Of a stretch of 32,000 bases of DNA, positions 8,181-19,397 are shown in pieces. The position numbers and the translations under genes were made by a program. Origin of the DNA: Alkalilimnicola ehrlichii MLHE-1 (GTDB lineage: Bacteria > Pseudomonadota > Gammaproteobacteria > Nitrococcales > Halorhodospiraceae); the NCBI RefSeq assembly GCF_000014785.1, contig NC_008340.1, forward strand, positions 840,001 through 872,000, given 5' to 3'. Every line of letters starts with the position of its first letter. The first letter of the stretch is position 1. The notes under the pieces are model-generated. The model ran no database searches, was not told where the DNA came from, and saw only the letters and a list, made by a program, of their open reading frames with translations.

Positions 8181-10574
8181 TTACTCCCCCCTCAGTACTG
8201 CACCGGCTTCCTGAGCCAGACGCTCGACCACGCGCCCCAACACGCGGTCCATGTCCTCATCAGTAAGCGTGCGCGAAGAATCCTGTAAAATCAAGCCCAT
8301 GGCAACGCTTTTCCGGCCTTCCGGCACACCCTTCCCGGCGTAGACGTCGAATAGCCGGATGTCGACCAGTTGCTCCCCCCCGGCGGCACGGGCTACGTCC
8401 ACCAGCGTCTGCGCCGGGACCTCATCCGCGACCAGCAGCGCCAGGTCCCGCCGGTTGGCCGGATAACGCGACAACGGGCGGAAGGCGGGCAGATGCCCGG
8501 CCTGCACGGCGCTGAGGTCCAGTTCGAACAGGAATACCGGTCCCTGGATGTCCAACTCGCGAGCCCGGGCGGGGTGCAGGGCGCCCAGCCAGCCGACCGG
8601 GCGGTGGTCGTGGTCGCTGTCCAGGATGCGCGCCGTCTGGCCCGGATGCAGCGCCGGGTGATGGTCGGCCTGGAACCGGAAGGCGCCGGCCCGCCCCCCG
8701 GCGGCCAGCAGGGCCTCCACATCGCCCTTGACGTCGTAGAAGTCCAGGGTGCGCCCGGGCTCCGCCCATTGCTCAGGGTGGACCGGCCCGAGGGCCAGCC
8801 CGGCGATGCGCGGTTCCTGGCGCAGGTCGCCGGCCTCGCCAATGAACCGCAGTCCGGTCTCGAACAGCCGGATACGCTGCACCTGTCGGTTCTGGTTGTG
8901 ACGGGCGGCCTGGACCAGGCCGGGCCAGAGGCTGGTCCGCATGACCGCCAGATCGGCGGAGATGGGGTTGGCCAGCGCCAGGGCCTGGTGCTCCGGATCC
9001 AGCGCCTGCTGTGCCTCCGCCGCCACGAAGGAGTAGCTGATGGCCTCGTGGTAACCGCGCTGGACCAGCGCCTGACGCAGCCGCGGCAGGCCGGTGAGCG
9101 TCTCGGGGGCCTGACCCACGGTGAGCGGGATGGGCGGGCGCCGGGTGGGCAGCCGATCGTAGCCGTAGAGGCGGGCCACTTCCTCGATCAGGTCCTCTTC
9201 GCGTTCGATGTCGAAGCGCCAGCTCGGTGGGGTGACCCACCAGACTCCTTCCCCTCCGGTCTCGACGCGCATGCCCAGCCGTTCCAGCATGCCAATAAGG
9301 GTGTCCCCGGCGATCTCCGTGCCCAGCACCAGGCGGATGCGTTGGCGCCGCAGTCGGACTGGATGGCGCCGGGGCAGGTGCTCCTCGGCGACCGCCTCCT
9401 GCACCGGTCCGGCCTCACCCCCGCAGATGGAGAGCAGCAGGTGGGTGGCGCGCTCCATGGCGCGATGCTGGCCGGCCGGGTCGACACCGCGTTCGAAGCG
9501 GTGGGAGGAGTCGGTGTGCAGACCATGGGCGCGGGCGCGGCCGGCGATGGCGGTGGGAGCGAACCAGGCGCACTCCAGCAGGATGTCGGTGGTGTCGTCG
9601 CCGACGCTGGACGCCTCTCCGCCCATGATCCCGGCCAGGGCCAGGGGGCGCTCGTCATCGGCGATAACCAGCTGGTCGGCGCGGAGTTCGATGGTCTCGC
9701 CCCCGATCAGCGTGAGGGTCTCACCCGGTCGCCCCCAGCGGGCATGGATGCCGCCCCGGACCTGGCTCAGGTCGAAGGCGTGCATGGGCTGACCCAGTTC
9801 CATCAGCACGTAGTTGGTGACGTCCACCAGCGGCCCGAGGCTGCGGAGGCCGGCCCGGCGCAGCCGCTCGCGCATCCACACGGGGGTTTCCGCGCGGGGG
9901 TCCAGGCCGCGTACGACCCGGCCCAGGTAGCGGGCGCAACCGTCCGGGGCATCGAGGGTCACCCGGACCGCATCGCTGATCCGGGCGCGCTCCGCCGGCA
10001 TGTCCGGGGTGTGCACCGGCTGCGCCAACAGGGCGCCCACCTCGCGGGCCACGCCCATCATGCCCAGGCAGTCCGCCCGGTTTGGGGTCAGGTCCACCTC
10101 GATGACGGTGTCATCCAGGGTGAGGTAGTCACGCAAGTCCCGGCCCACCGGGGCGTCGGCCGGCAGCTCCATCAGGCCCTCGGCGTCCTCGCTGAGGCCC
10201 AGTTCCCGGGCCGAGCAGAGCATGCCGAACGAGGCCTGGCCGCGCAGCTTGGCGCGCTTGATCGTCAGGCCCCCCGGCAGCTCGCCACCGACGGTGGCCA
10301 GCGGGGCCATCAGCCCCTCGCGGGCATTGGGGGCGCCGCAGACCACCTGCAGCGGTTCGCCCTGGCCCGCGTCCACCTGGCAGAGGCGCAGCTTGTCGGC
10401 ATCGGGGTGCGGCTCGCAGCGGACGATGCGGGCCACCACCACGCCGGTAAAGGGCGGGGCGGCGGGTTCCACGCCGTCCACTTCCAGGCCGGCCATGGTC
10501 AGTTGGTGGGCCAGTTGTTCCGTGGGGCCGGTGTCGGCCACCCATTCACGCAGCCAGTGTTCGCTGATTCGCAT
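8181..10574 (-). CDS. pheT: Phenylalanine-tRNA ligase beta subunit
   Basis: 797 aa; [16 protein letters not shown]..., tRNA-binding domain, B3/B4, FDX-ACB C-terminus ([17 protein letters not shown]). Confidence 0.98.
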   Translation of the reverse strand: MRISEHWLREWVADTGPTEQLAHQLTMAGLEVDGVEPAAPPFTGVVVARIVRCEPHPDADKLRLCQVDAGQGEPLQVVCGAPNAREGLMAPLATVGGELPGGLTIKRAKLRGQASFGMLCSARELGLSEDAEGLMELPADAPVGRDLRDYLTLDDTVIEVDLTPNRADCLGMMGVAREVGALLAQPVHTPDMPAERARISDAVRVTLDAPDGCARYLGRVVRGLDPRAETPVWMRERLRRAGLRSLGPLVDVTNYVLMELGQPMHAFDLSQVRGGIHARWGRPGETLTLIGGETIELRADQLVIADDERPLALAGIMGGEASSVGDDTTDILLECAWFAPTAIAGRARAHGLHTDSSHRFERGVDPAGQHRAMERATHLLLSICGGEAGPVQEAVAEEHLPRRHPVRLRRQRIRLVLGTEIAGDTLIGMLERLGMRVETGGEGVWWVTPPSWRFDIEREEDLIEEVARLYGYDRLPTRRPPIPLTVGQAPETLTGLPRLRQALVQRGYHEAISYSFVAAEAQQALDPEHQALALANPISADLAVMRTSLWPGLVQAARHNQNRQVQRIRLFETGLRFIGEAGDLRQEPRIAGLALGPVHPEQWAEPGRTLDFYDVKGDVEALLAAGGRAGAFRFQADHHPALHPGQTARILDSDHDHRPVGWLGALHPARARELDIQGPVFLFELDLSAVQAGHLPAFRPLSRYPANRRDLALLVADEVPAQTLVDVARAAGGEQLVDIRLFDVYAGKGVPEGRKSVAMGLILQDSSRTLTDEDMDRVLGRVVERLAQEAGAVLRGE

Positions 10575-10628
10575 GGATCAGTCCCGTCCTTGTCCGGGGC
10601 AGGGGTCGCCGGGCCGGCGTCGGCCGGC

Positions 10629-11846
<1,218 letters not shown>

Positions 11847-12206
11847 TCAGGCGGCGAGGGCCTCGCGGGCCTTCTCGGCCAGCGCGCCGAAGGCCGCCTT
11901 GTCGTTGACGGCCAGGTCGGCCAGCACCTTGCGGTCCAGATCGACCCCAGCCTGCTGCAGGCCGTTGATGAACCGGCTGTAGGACAGGCCGTGCTGGCGG
12001 GCACCGGCGTTGATCCGCTGGATCCACAGGGCCCGGAACTGGCGCTTGCGCTGCCGGCGGTCGCGATAGGCGTACTGGCCGGACTTGATGACGGCCTGGC
12101 GCGCAATGCGGAACGATTTGCGGCGGGCGCCGTAGTAACCCTTCGCCTTCTTCAGCACCTTGTTGTGCTTGGCGCGGGCAGTGACTCCTCGCTTGACTCT
12201 GGACAT
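11847..12206 (-). CDS. rplT: 50S ribosomal protein L20
   Basis: 119 aa; [67 protein letters not shown]. Confidence 0.99.
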   Translation of the reverse strand: MSRVKRGVTARAKHNKVLKKAKGYYGARRKSFRIARQAVIKSGQYAYRDRRQRKRQFRALWIQRINAGARQHGLSYSRFINGLQQAGVDLDRKVLADLAVNDKAAFGALAEKAREALAA

Positions 12207-12236
12207 GACTTGATAACTCCCGGCGAACGGTAACGC

Positions 12237-12434
12237 TTAGCTGTAAGGCATCATGCGGCGGATCATGGGGGTGTCCGCCTCGGCGACCAGCGCATCGGCG
12301 CGCAGCTTGCGCTTCCGTTTGCTGTCCTTCTTGGTCAGGATGTGGTTGTGGAAGGCATGGGCGCGCTTGTAGCGGCCGCTGGCAGTGGCCTTGAAGCGCT
12401 TGGCCGCCCCACGGTTGGTCTTGATCTTGGGCAT
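12237..12434 (-). CDS. rpmI: 50S ribosomal protein L35
   Basis: 65 aa from [45 protein letters not shown]; ORF track start is extended too far. Confidence 0.98.
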   Translation of the reverse strand: MPKIKTNRGAAKRFKATASGRYKRAHAFHNHILTKKDSKRKRKLRADALVAEADTPMIRRMMPYS

Positions 12435-12512
12435 TCCAGACTCCCTAAATAACAAACAAAGACGCCACCCCCGGTACTGACCCCGGGGTGGCGCCAGGGG
12501 ATCGGGTGGCAA

Positions 12513-13067
12513 CTATTTGCCCTTGCGAGGGCTCATCATCATGACCATCAGCCGGCCTTCCATCTTGGGCCGCTGGTCTACGGTGGCTATGTCCTCCAGG
12601 TCTTGCTCGACCCGGTTAAGCAGCTTCAGCCCCAAGTCCTGGTGGGCCATCTCGCGCCCCCGGAAGCGTAGGGTGACCTTGGCCTTGTCCCCATCCTCCA
12701 GGAAGCGGCGGAGGTTTCGCAGCTTGACCTTGTAGTCGCCCTCGTCGGTGCCGGGCCGGAATTTGACCTCTTTGACCTGGATCTGCTTCTGCTTTTTGCG
12801 CGCCGCTTGAGCCTTCTTGCTCTGCTCAAACTTGAACTTGCCGTAATCCATGATCCGGCAAACCGGCGGCTTTGCATTGGCATCCAGCTCGACCAGGTCC
12901 ATCCCGGCCTCTTCGGCCCGTTCAAGAGCCTCTTCGGTGGGGACGATGCCCACCTGATCGCCCGTCTGGTCTATCAGCCGAACCTCCGGAACCCGGATGG
13001 CGCGGTTGAGCCTGCGATCGTCCGAGGGGGCGTTGCGCCCACCTCCTCTTTTTGGTCTGACAGCGAT
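12513..13067 (-). CDS. infC: Translation initiation factor IF-3, probable AUC start
   Basis: ORF track starts at an internal GTG. Upstream in-frame sequence translates as [42 protein letters not shown]..., matching the IF-3 N-terminus. No ATG/GTG/TTG occurs before the upstream in-frame TAA; ATC at 13067..13065 lies 8 nt after GGAGG. Confidence 0.92.
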   Translation of the reverse strand: MAVRPKRGGGRNAPSDDRRLNRAIRVPEVRLIDQTGDQVGIVPTEEALERAEEAGMDLVELDANAKPPVCRIMDYGKFKFEQSKKAQAARKKQKQIQVKEVKFRPGTDEGDYKVKLRNLRRFLEDGDKAKVTLRFRGREMAHQDLGLKLLNRVEQDLEDIATVDQRPKMEGRLMVMMMSPRKGK

Positions 13068-13070
13068 CCT

Positions 13071-14996
13071 TTAATCCTCCGAGTTGCTGCGTCCCAGCCG
13101 CGCGATCTCGGACTCCAGGCGCTGCAGGAAGTCGTCGACTGCCATGGAGCCCAGGTCCTGACCCTCTCGGGTGCGCACGGCCACCGTGTTGTTTTCCACT
13201 TCCTTGTCCCCCACGACCAGCATGTAAGGGACCTTTTGAAGCGTGTGCTCGCGGATTTTAAAGCCGATCTTCTCGTTTCTCAAGTCGGCGTCGACCCGCA
13301 AGCCCCGCTCACGGAAGCGCTTTTCGATCCGACGGGCGTATTCGCCCTGCCGATCCGTGATATTAAGCACGACTGCCTGCACCGGTGCAAGCCATGGAGG
13401 CAGGGCGCCGGCGTAGTGTTCGATGAGAATCCCGATGAAGCGTTCCAACGAACCGAGGATCGCCCGGTGGAGCATCACCGGCACCTTCTTGCTGCCGTCC
13501 TCCGCCACATAGGTGGCGCCCAGGCGCCCGGGCATGGAGAAGTCCACCTGAATGGTGCCCAGTTGCCAGGTGCGGCCCAGGCAGTCCTTCAGGGTGAACT
13601 CGATCTTCGGGCCGTAGAAGGCCCCCTCACCCGGCTGCAGTTGCCACTCCAGGCCGGCGCGGTTCAGCGCCTCCTCCAGCGCGTGTTCCGCCTTGTCCCA
13701 GAGGGCGTCCTCGCCCACCCGTTCATCGGGGCGGGTGGACAGGGCGATGATGACGTCGTCGAAGCCGAAATCGTTGTAGGCCTTGAAGACCAGGTCGATG
13801 AAGTCGGCAACCTCCTGCTGGATCTGGTCCTCGGTGCAGAAGATGTGGGCATCGTCCTGCACAAAGTTGCGCACCCGCATCAGCCCGTGCAGCGTGCCCG
13901 AGGGCTCGTTGCGGTGGCAGGAGCCGAATTCGGCCAGGCGCAGGGGCAGGTCACGGTAACTCTTCAGGCCCTGGTTGTACACCTGCACGTGGCAGGGGCA
14001 GTTCATGGGCTTGACCGCGTAGTCCCGGGACTCGGACTCGGTGATGAACATGTTGTCCTGGAATTTGTCCCAGTGCCCGGATTTCTCCCAGAGGCTGCGG
14101 TCCACCAACTGCGGGGTGTGGATCTCCTGGTAGCCGTGGCCGCGGGTGAGCCGGCGGATGTACTCCTGCACCTCCAGGTAGATCTGCCAGCCTTTCGGGT
14201 GCCAGAAGGCCATGCCCGGGGCCTCCTCCTGGAGGTGGAACAGGTTCTGCGCACGGCCGATGCGGCGGTGATCGCGCTTCTCGGCCTCGGCCAGGCGGTG
14301 GAGATAGGCCTTGAGCTGCTTCTTGTCCGGCCAGGCGGTACCGTAGATGCGCTGGAGCATCTCGTTGTCGGACTTGCCGCGCCAATAGGCCCCCGCCACC
14401 TTCTGCAGCTTGAAGGCCTTGAGCTTGCCGGTGTTGGGCACGTGCGGGCCGCGGCACAGATCGAGGAAGTCCCCCTGCTTATAGACCGAGATGGTCTCGT
14501 GCTCGGGCAGGTCCTCGATGATCTCGGCCTTGTACTGCTCACCCTGTTCCAGGAAGAACCGGATTGCCTCATCGCGGTCCCAGACCTCGCGGTGGACCTC
14601 GAAGTCCTGTCGGGCCAGCTCCTCCATCTTTTTCTCGATGGCCTTGAGATCGTCCTCGGTGAAGGGGCGCTTGTAGGCAAAGTCGTAGTAGAAACCGTTC
14701 TCGATCACCGGGCCGATGGTGACCTGGGCCTCCGGAAACAACTCCTTGACCGCCTGCGCCATCAGGTGGGCGGTGGAGTGGCGGATCATGTCCACGCCGT
14801 CCGGATCGCGGTCGGTGACGATCTCCAGTTGCACGTCGTCGTCGATGCGATGGCTGAGATCGACCAGTCTGCCGTCCACCCGGCCGGCCAGCGCGGCACG
14901 CGCCAGGCCCTTGCCGATGGACTCGGCGACGTCACGTACCGTGACGGGATGATCAAACTCGCGGCGGGAGCCGTCGGGGAGGGTGATTGCAGGCAT
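13071..14996 (-). CDS. thrS: Threonine-tRNA ligase
   Basis: 641 aa; TGS domain, HxxxH editing motif ([16 protein letters not shown]), class II core ([39 protein letters not shown]), anticodon-binding domain. Confidence 0.98.
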   Translation of the reverse strand: MPAITLPDGSRREFDHPVTVRDVAESIGKGLARAALAGRVDGRLVDLSHRIDDDVQLEIVTDRDPDGVDMIRHSTAHLMAQAVKELFPEAQVTIGPVIENGFYYDFAYKRPFTEDDLKAIEKKMEELARQDFEVHREVWDRDEAIRFFLEQGEQYKAEIIEDLPEHETISVYKQGDFLDLCRGPHVPNTGKLKAFKLQKVAGAYWRGKSDNEMLQRIYGTAWPDKKQLKAYLHRLAEAEKRDHRRIGRAQNLFHLQEEAPGMAFWHPKGWQIYLEVQEYIRRLTRGHGYQEIHTPQLVDRSLWEKSGHWDKFQDNMFITESESRDYAVKPMNCPCHVQVYNQGLKSYRDLPLRLAEFGSCHRNEPSGTLHGLMRVRNFVQDDAHIFCTEDQIQQEVADFIDLVFKAYNDFGFDDVIIALSTRPDERVGEDALWDKAEHALEEALNRAGLEWQLQPGEGAFYGPKIEFTLKDCLGRTWQLGTIQVDFSMPGRLGATYVAEDGSKKVPVMLHRAILGSLERFIGILIEHYAGALPPWLAPVQAVVLNITDRQGEYARRIEKRFRERGLRVDADLRNEKIGFKIREHTLQKVPYMLVVGDKEVENNTVAVRTREGQDLGSMAVDDFLQRLESEIARLGRSNSED

Positions 14997-15014
14997 GGAT
15001 CACTCCTGACAGTG

Positions 15015-15081
15015 GTGGCCTATACGAGGGGCCACGTGTATGTGGGCACTCGGAAGAAGAGGTGCCGGCGATTTCAGCCGG
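15015..15081 (-). promoter_or_regulatory. thrS 5' UTR two-hairpin structure, candidate ThrRS autoregulatory operator
   Basis: Minus strand: hairpin CCGGC-tgaaatc-GCCGG (15081-15065), 29-nt pyrimidine-rich linker, hairpin GTGGCC-CCTCGTATA-GGCCAC (15035-15015), then CAGGAG Shine-Dalgarno, then ATG at 14996. Confidence 0.5.
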
Positions 15082-15108
15082 GCATTCTTGCAAAGCTGCT
15101 GATTTTTC

Positions 15109-16101
15109 TCAAGCCCCGGGCTCGGGTTTTTGCGCGGCACCAAAGATGCGTTGGGCGAAGGCGACCCGAGCTGCGGGCGGGTAGAGCGTGTCGTCCTGCT
15201 GGCGGATGCGCTCGCGCTCATGGGCGTCGATGTGCGCCACCCGGGGCGCGAGCCCGCACCGGTTGGCCATCTGGATGGCCAGTCCGGGCCGGGCGTTCAG
15301 CTCCAGCAGCAGCGGCCCGCGGTGGCGGTCCAGCACCATGTCGGTGCCCAGGTAGCCCAGGCCACTCATCTCGTAGCAGCCGGCGGCCAGCTCCAACAGG
15401 CGGGTCCAGTCAGGGATCTGGAGCTCGTTGAGGCGGCGGCCGGTGTCGGGATGGTGGTGCACCGGTCGGTCGTATTGCACCGCCTGGGTGGCCCGGCCGC
15501 TGGCCAGGTCCAGGCCGACGCCGATGGCCCCCTGGTGCAGGTTGGCCTTGCCGTCGGAGGCGTGGGTGGACAGCCGCATCATGGCCATCAGCGGATAGCC
15601 CCGGTAGACCACCACCCGGATGTCCGGCACCCCCTCGAAGGTGAAGGACTCGAAGTGTTCATCGAACTCGATCAGCGCCTCGATCATCGCCACGTCCGGG
15701 CTGCCGCCCAGGGTGTAAAGCCCCGAGAGCAGATTGGAGAGGTAGCGCACCACATCGCGCCGGCTCACCCAGAGCCCGCTGCCCTTGCGGAACCAGCCGT
15801 CCTTGTGTTCCAGGATGACCAGGATGCCCTTGCCGCCGCTGCCCCGGGAGGGCTTGATGGCGAAGCCCCGGCCAGGCTGGATGATGGACTCCAGCCGGCG
15901 AATCTCACCCTGGCTGTGGATCACCCCCAGCAGTTCGGGACTGGCGATACCGTACTTGCGCGCCAGCAGCTTGGTCTTCAGCTTGTCATCCACCAGCGGG
16001 AATCGCTCGCGGGGATTGTGCCGGTTGATGAGGCTGAGATTGCGCTCGTTCAGCCCCACGATACCCTGCTCGCGCAGGCGCCTGGCCCAGCGCAGCAGCA
16101 T
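15109..16101 (-). CDS. Alpha-L-glutamate ligase-like (RimK-related) ATP-grasp protein
   Basis: Start refined to MLLRWARRLREQGIVGLNERN; ATP-grasp features FAIKPSRGSGGKGILVI and LGTDMVLDRHRGPLLLELNARPGLAIQMAN. TGATG overlap with upstream gene. Confidence 0.9.
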   Translation of the reverse strand: MLLRWARRLREQGIVGLNERNLSLINRHNPRERFPLVDDKLKTKLLARKYGIASPELLGVIHSQGEIRRLESIIQPGRGFAIKPSRGSGGKGILVILEHKDGWFRKGSGLWVSRRDVVRYLSNLLSGLYTLGGSPDVAMIEALIEFDEHFESFTFEGVPDIRVVVYRGYPLMAMMRLSTHASDGKANLHQGAIGVGLDLASGRATQAVQYDRPVHHHPDTGRRLNELQIPDWTRLLELAAGCYEMSGLGYLGTDMVLDRHRGPLLLELNARPGLAIQMANRCGLAPRVAHIDAHERERIRQQDDTLYPPAARVAFAQRIFGAAQKPEPGA

Positions 16102-17621
16102 CAGGTGCGGCCCCCGGCCGGTGTCAGGAAGGGGCGGAAACGCCACAGCTCCAGCAGCCGGTACCCGGTGTAGCTGCCCAGCAGTACGATGCCGGCCAGC
16201 ACCACCAGCTGCAGCCCAAGGAAGTTGAACATCAGGTGCTGAACCCAGCCCAGCTGCATCAGCCAGAAGGCGGCGATCGCGGTGATCAGACTGCCTGCCC
16301 CCTGCTTGAAGACATCCCGCGGGCCCTCCTCCTCCCAGAGGATGGACATGCGCTCAATGGTCCAGGCCAGGATGATCATCGGAAACAGGGCCACCTTGAG
16401 CCCCGAGGTGAAGCCCAGGTGGAAGCTCAGCACCGAGAGCAGTGAGATCAACCCGATGACGCAGACAATGACCACGGAGACGCGGGCCACCAGCAGCAGG
16501 TTGAGGTGGGCCATCGCTTGGCGCATCAGCAGGCCGCCCCCCACCACCAACAGGAAGGTGATCAGACCCGGCAGCAGGTTCATCTCCAGAAAGGCGAGGG
16601 CGATGAGCACTGGCATGAAGGTGCCGGAGGTCTCCAGCCCCACCACGACGCGGAAGAAGACCACCACCAGCGCACCCAGCGGCAGCAGCAGGATGCTTTG
16701 AAAGATGGCCTGCTCGGACAGCGGCAGGCTGTGGATGGAGAGGTTGAACACCGCATCGGTTACCGTACCCTGCTCCCCCAGACCGGCGGCGGACTGCCGG
16801 GTCTCCAGCATGGAGAAGGTCACCCGCGAGTTGCGCCCGCCCTCCACCACCAGCACCGGGCCCCCCGCCTGCTCCCAGAGCAGTACTTCCTCGTCCTGCA
16901 CCTCCGTGCCCCCCTTGGGGTCAAACAGCCGCCAGGCGTCGCCCTCGAAGACCTGGACAAAGGGTTGCAGCGACTGCCGGCGGCGACCGTCCTCCAGGAC
17001 CAGGCCGTGGACGGTGCGGGCCGGCACCTCCGCCTGATTGAGCAGGCGGACCAGGGTGGTGCTGGGGGGGTATTCACTGAGTAGCAGCTGGGCATTCTGA
17101 TTGTCGGCATCGGCCAGGCGGCGGACGAGGGCCCGGGCCAGGCTGAAGCCGTCGGCGGACTGCAGGTAGGCATTCCGCAGGACCTGAGCGGAGGCCACCT
17201 GCAGAGACGGGCTCCAAGCGATGCGCCGGATCTCCGGTGGGTGGCCCACGTGGCGCGAGCCCAGGGTCGGGTCGACCTGGAACTGCGCCCGGTAGTACAG
17301 CACCTGCGGCCCGACCGCCTCGCGGGTGGTCCACTCGGCGTGCCGGTGGCCATTATCGACGAAGCTCAGGCCGTAGCCGGGGGAGGCCGTGTGCTCGGCG
17401 ACGCGCTTGAAACCCGGCGCATCGCCGGGCACGGCCAGCCGGACGCGTACGGGGTCGCCGCTGGCGTCCAGCCGCACGGTGGCCTCGATATCCCAGAGCG
17501 TGTCAGTGGCGCCGGGGAACCAGGGGACGCCGTGTTCCAGGTGGCGGTGGACACTGTGGGCGATGCCCACCAGGATCAGCACCGCGGCGATCCAGAACAG
17601 CGAACTTCGGGCTAGTTTCAT
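16101..17621 (-). CDS. Inactive-transglutaminase-like domain fused to seven-TM C-terminal membrane domain
   Basis: 506 aa; N-terminal TM, extracytoplasmic transglutaminase-like region (SEYPPSTTLVRLLNQAEVPARTVHGLVLEDG...WRLFDPKGG) lacking the catalytic Cys, then multiple TM helices. Confidence 0.85.
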   Translation of the reverse strand: MKLARSSLFWIAAVLILVGIAHSVHRHLEHGVPWFPGATDTLWDIEATVRLDASGDPVRVRLAVPGDAPGFKRVAEHTASPGYGLSFVDNGHRHAEWTTREAVGPQVLYYRAQFQVDPTLGSRHVGHPPEIRRIAWSPSLQVASAQVLRNAYLQSADGFSLARALVRRLADADNQNAQLLLSEYPPSTTLVRLLNQAEVPARTVHGLVLEDGRRRQSLQPFVQVFEGDAWRLFDPKGGTEVQDEEVLLWEQAGGPVLVVEGGRNSRVTFSMLETRQSAAGLGEQGTVTDAVFNLSIHSLPLSEQAIFQSILLLPLGALVVVFFRVVVGLETSGTFMPVLIALAFLEMNLLPGLITFLLVVGGGLLMRQAMAHLNLLLVARVSVVIVCVIGLISLLSVLSFHLGFTSGLKVALFPMIILAWTIERMSILWEEEGPRDVFKQGAGSLITAIAAFWLMQLGWVQHLMFNFLGLQLVVLAGIVLLGSYTGYRLLELWRFRPFLTPAGGRT

Positions 17622-17631
17622 GGGCCGGGGG

Positions 17632-18432
17632 TCAGTCGTCCTCGGGGCGTGGGTGGAGGTAGGTCTCCGCCACGTCGATCACGGCGATGTCCATCAGCAG
17701 GTCCCGGCCCACCAGGGTGGCGTAGGTCAGGTGCCCGCGGTCGGACAGCGTGAAGCGAGCCTCATCCTCAATGGGGCCCAGCCGCACCGGCAGGCGCACC
17801 ACCAGGCGTTCCTCCCGGCCAGCGGCCTGCCGTATGGTGATACGACTGTCCAAGGGGGCCTCGAGTTCAACCTCGCGGTTGTCCTCCTCGTCATCGTCGC
17901 CGGGCCGGCCCGGCGGGTAGCTCACGGTGAAGCGCACCCAGGTCTCACCGTCGCGCTCGAACTCGCTGATACCGGTGGCGTTGAGCGACGAGCTGGCGGC
18001 CCCGGAATCCACCCGGGCGGCGATCACCATGCCGTGCTCGGGGAAGGCGAGCCACTCGACGGCGCCCAGGACCACCTTGCCCTCCAGGTCGTCCTCGCGG
18101 TCGCCAGAGGGTTGGGTCTGGGCCAGCGGCAGGGGGGAGGGGGTTCCCGTGCCTCGGGCCTCCAGGTCGGTCAGGCGCTGGTCAATGCTGCCGAGGCCTT
18201 CGCCGAGGGCGCTCAACTGCTGTTGCTGGCGGTTCAGGCTGGCGCCCAGGGTGTCCAGGGCCTCCAGCAGTGCCTCGGTCTGGGCGGTTTGCTGCTGCTC
18301 GAAGGCCGAGACGGAGAGTTGCTCCTCCTGGGGGAGGGTCTGGCACCCCGCCAGCAGGCCCAGTACGGCCAGCATGGCCAGCGCGGGCCGGCGCGGGACG
18401 GTTCCCTGTCTGCGCTCGGGTCTTGGGGTCAT
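17632..18432 (-). CDS. Lipoprotein of the family annotated 'ATP-dependent zinc protease' (RimK-associated), retropepsin-like core
   Basis: 266 aa; start set at MTPRPERRQ; signal ALAMLAVLGLLAGC (lipobox), coiled-coil region, then ARVDSGAASSSLNA... and ...LTYATLVGRDLLMDIAVIDV. Confidence 0.82.
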   Translation of the reverse strand: MTPRPERRQGTVPRRPALAMLAVLGLLAGCQTLPQEEQLSVSAFEQQQTAQTEALLEALDTLGASLNRQQQQLSALGEGLGSIDQRLTDLEARGTGTPSPLPLAQTQPSGDREDDLEGKVVLGAVEWLAFPEHGMVIAARVDSGAASSSLNATGISEFERDGETWVRFTVSYPPGRPGDDDEEDNREVELEAPLDSRITIRQAAGREERLVVRLPVRLGPIEDEARFTLSDRGHLTYATLVGRDLLMDIAVIDVAETYLHPRPEDD

Positions 18433-18648
18433 AGTCGCACTCCGTTGCTTTGTTCGCGTTCGAAGTATCATGCGGTGGATTGTACGTGGTTTTCGCCCGG
18501 CGTTGACCCGTCTGCACTCACTCCCCCATGAAACAGAGAGGTCCGCGAGGGGCGTGTTTCGCCTCCGGGCTGTTAAAGTGGCGCCTGAGCCCACGCCGGC
18601 TGCTCGCGGGGGCATCGCGCCGCCATTATATTGCCCGGGAGATCATCA

Positions 18649-19374
18649 ATGACCTATTGCCTCGCTGCATCCCTCAAGGCGGGCCTGGTCTTCGCCGCCG
18701 ATACCCGCACCAACGCCGGCCTGGATCATGTGAATAGCTTCCGTAAGATGCACAGCCTTGTCTGGGAAGGGGACCGGGTACTGGTGTTGCTCAGCGCTGG
18801 CAACCTGGCGACCACGCAGGCTGTGGTAACCCACCTGCAGCGCGAGGCCGAGAGCGGGGGGCCGTTGAGTGAGGTCCGGCACCTGAGTGACGCCGCCGAT
18901 CACGTGGGCCAGGTCAGTTTGCAGGTCCAGCGTAAATACCGCGCTGCCGAGGATATGAGTGCCGTATCGCTGGAGGCTACCTTTATCCTGGGCGGGCAGA
19001 TCGGTGACGAGCCCACGGGGGCGTTCCTCATCTATCCGCAGGGCAATTTCATCACCTGCTCCGAGGAGCAGCCCTTCCTGCAGATCGGCGAGACCAAGTA
19101 CGGCAAACCAATCCTGGACCGTATTATCGAGCCGGGGTTGAGCCTGGAGGATGCCGCGCGCTGCGCCCTGGTCTCTATCGACTCGACCATGCGCTCCAAC
19201 CTGTCGGTGGGCCCACCCGTCGATCTGGCCATCTATCCGGCGGGCGCGCTCCAGCGCCCCCGTATGCTGCGCTACAAGCACAACTCGCCCTATTTTGCCT
19301 CCGTCCGCAAGCACTGGGGCGAGGGGCTGCGCCGTCTCTTTGACGACCTGCCGCGGTTCGATTGGGAGGGCTGA
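18649..19374 (+). CDS. Anbu-type proteasome/HslV-like peptidase
   Basis: 241 aa from MTYCLAASLKAGLVFAADTRTNAGLDHVNSFRKMH; proteasome beta-fold N-terminus with Thr2 as likely nucleophile; located in an alpha-E / ATP-grasp / transglutaminase neighbourhood. Confidence 0.92.
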   Translation: MTYCLAASLKAGLVFAADTRTNAGLDHVNSFRKMHSLVWEGDRVLVLLSAGNLATTQAVVTHLQREAESGGPLSEVRHLSDAADHVGQVSLQVQRKYRAAEDMSAVSLEATFILGGQIGDEPTGAFLIYPQGNFITCSEEQPFLQIGETKYGKPILDRIIEPGLSLEDAARCALVSIDSTMRSNLSVGPPVDLAIYPAGALQRPRMLRYKHNSPYFASVRKHWGEGLRRLFDDLPRFDWEG

Positions 19375-19397
19375 CCGGGTCGGGCGCGGGTCAGCCC
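19368..19397. terminator. GC-rich inverted repeat between convergent genes
   Basis: GGGCTGACC (19368-19376) / GGTCAGCCC (19389-19397), 12-nt loop; no T-tract. Each arm contains the stop codon of one flanking gene. Confidence 0.4.

Noticed and set aside
12807-15431. 874-aa plus-strand ORF
   Set aside because: Antisense to infC and thrS, which are unambiguous; composition again is typical of a GC-rich shadow ORF.
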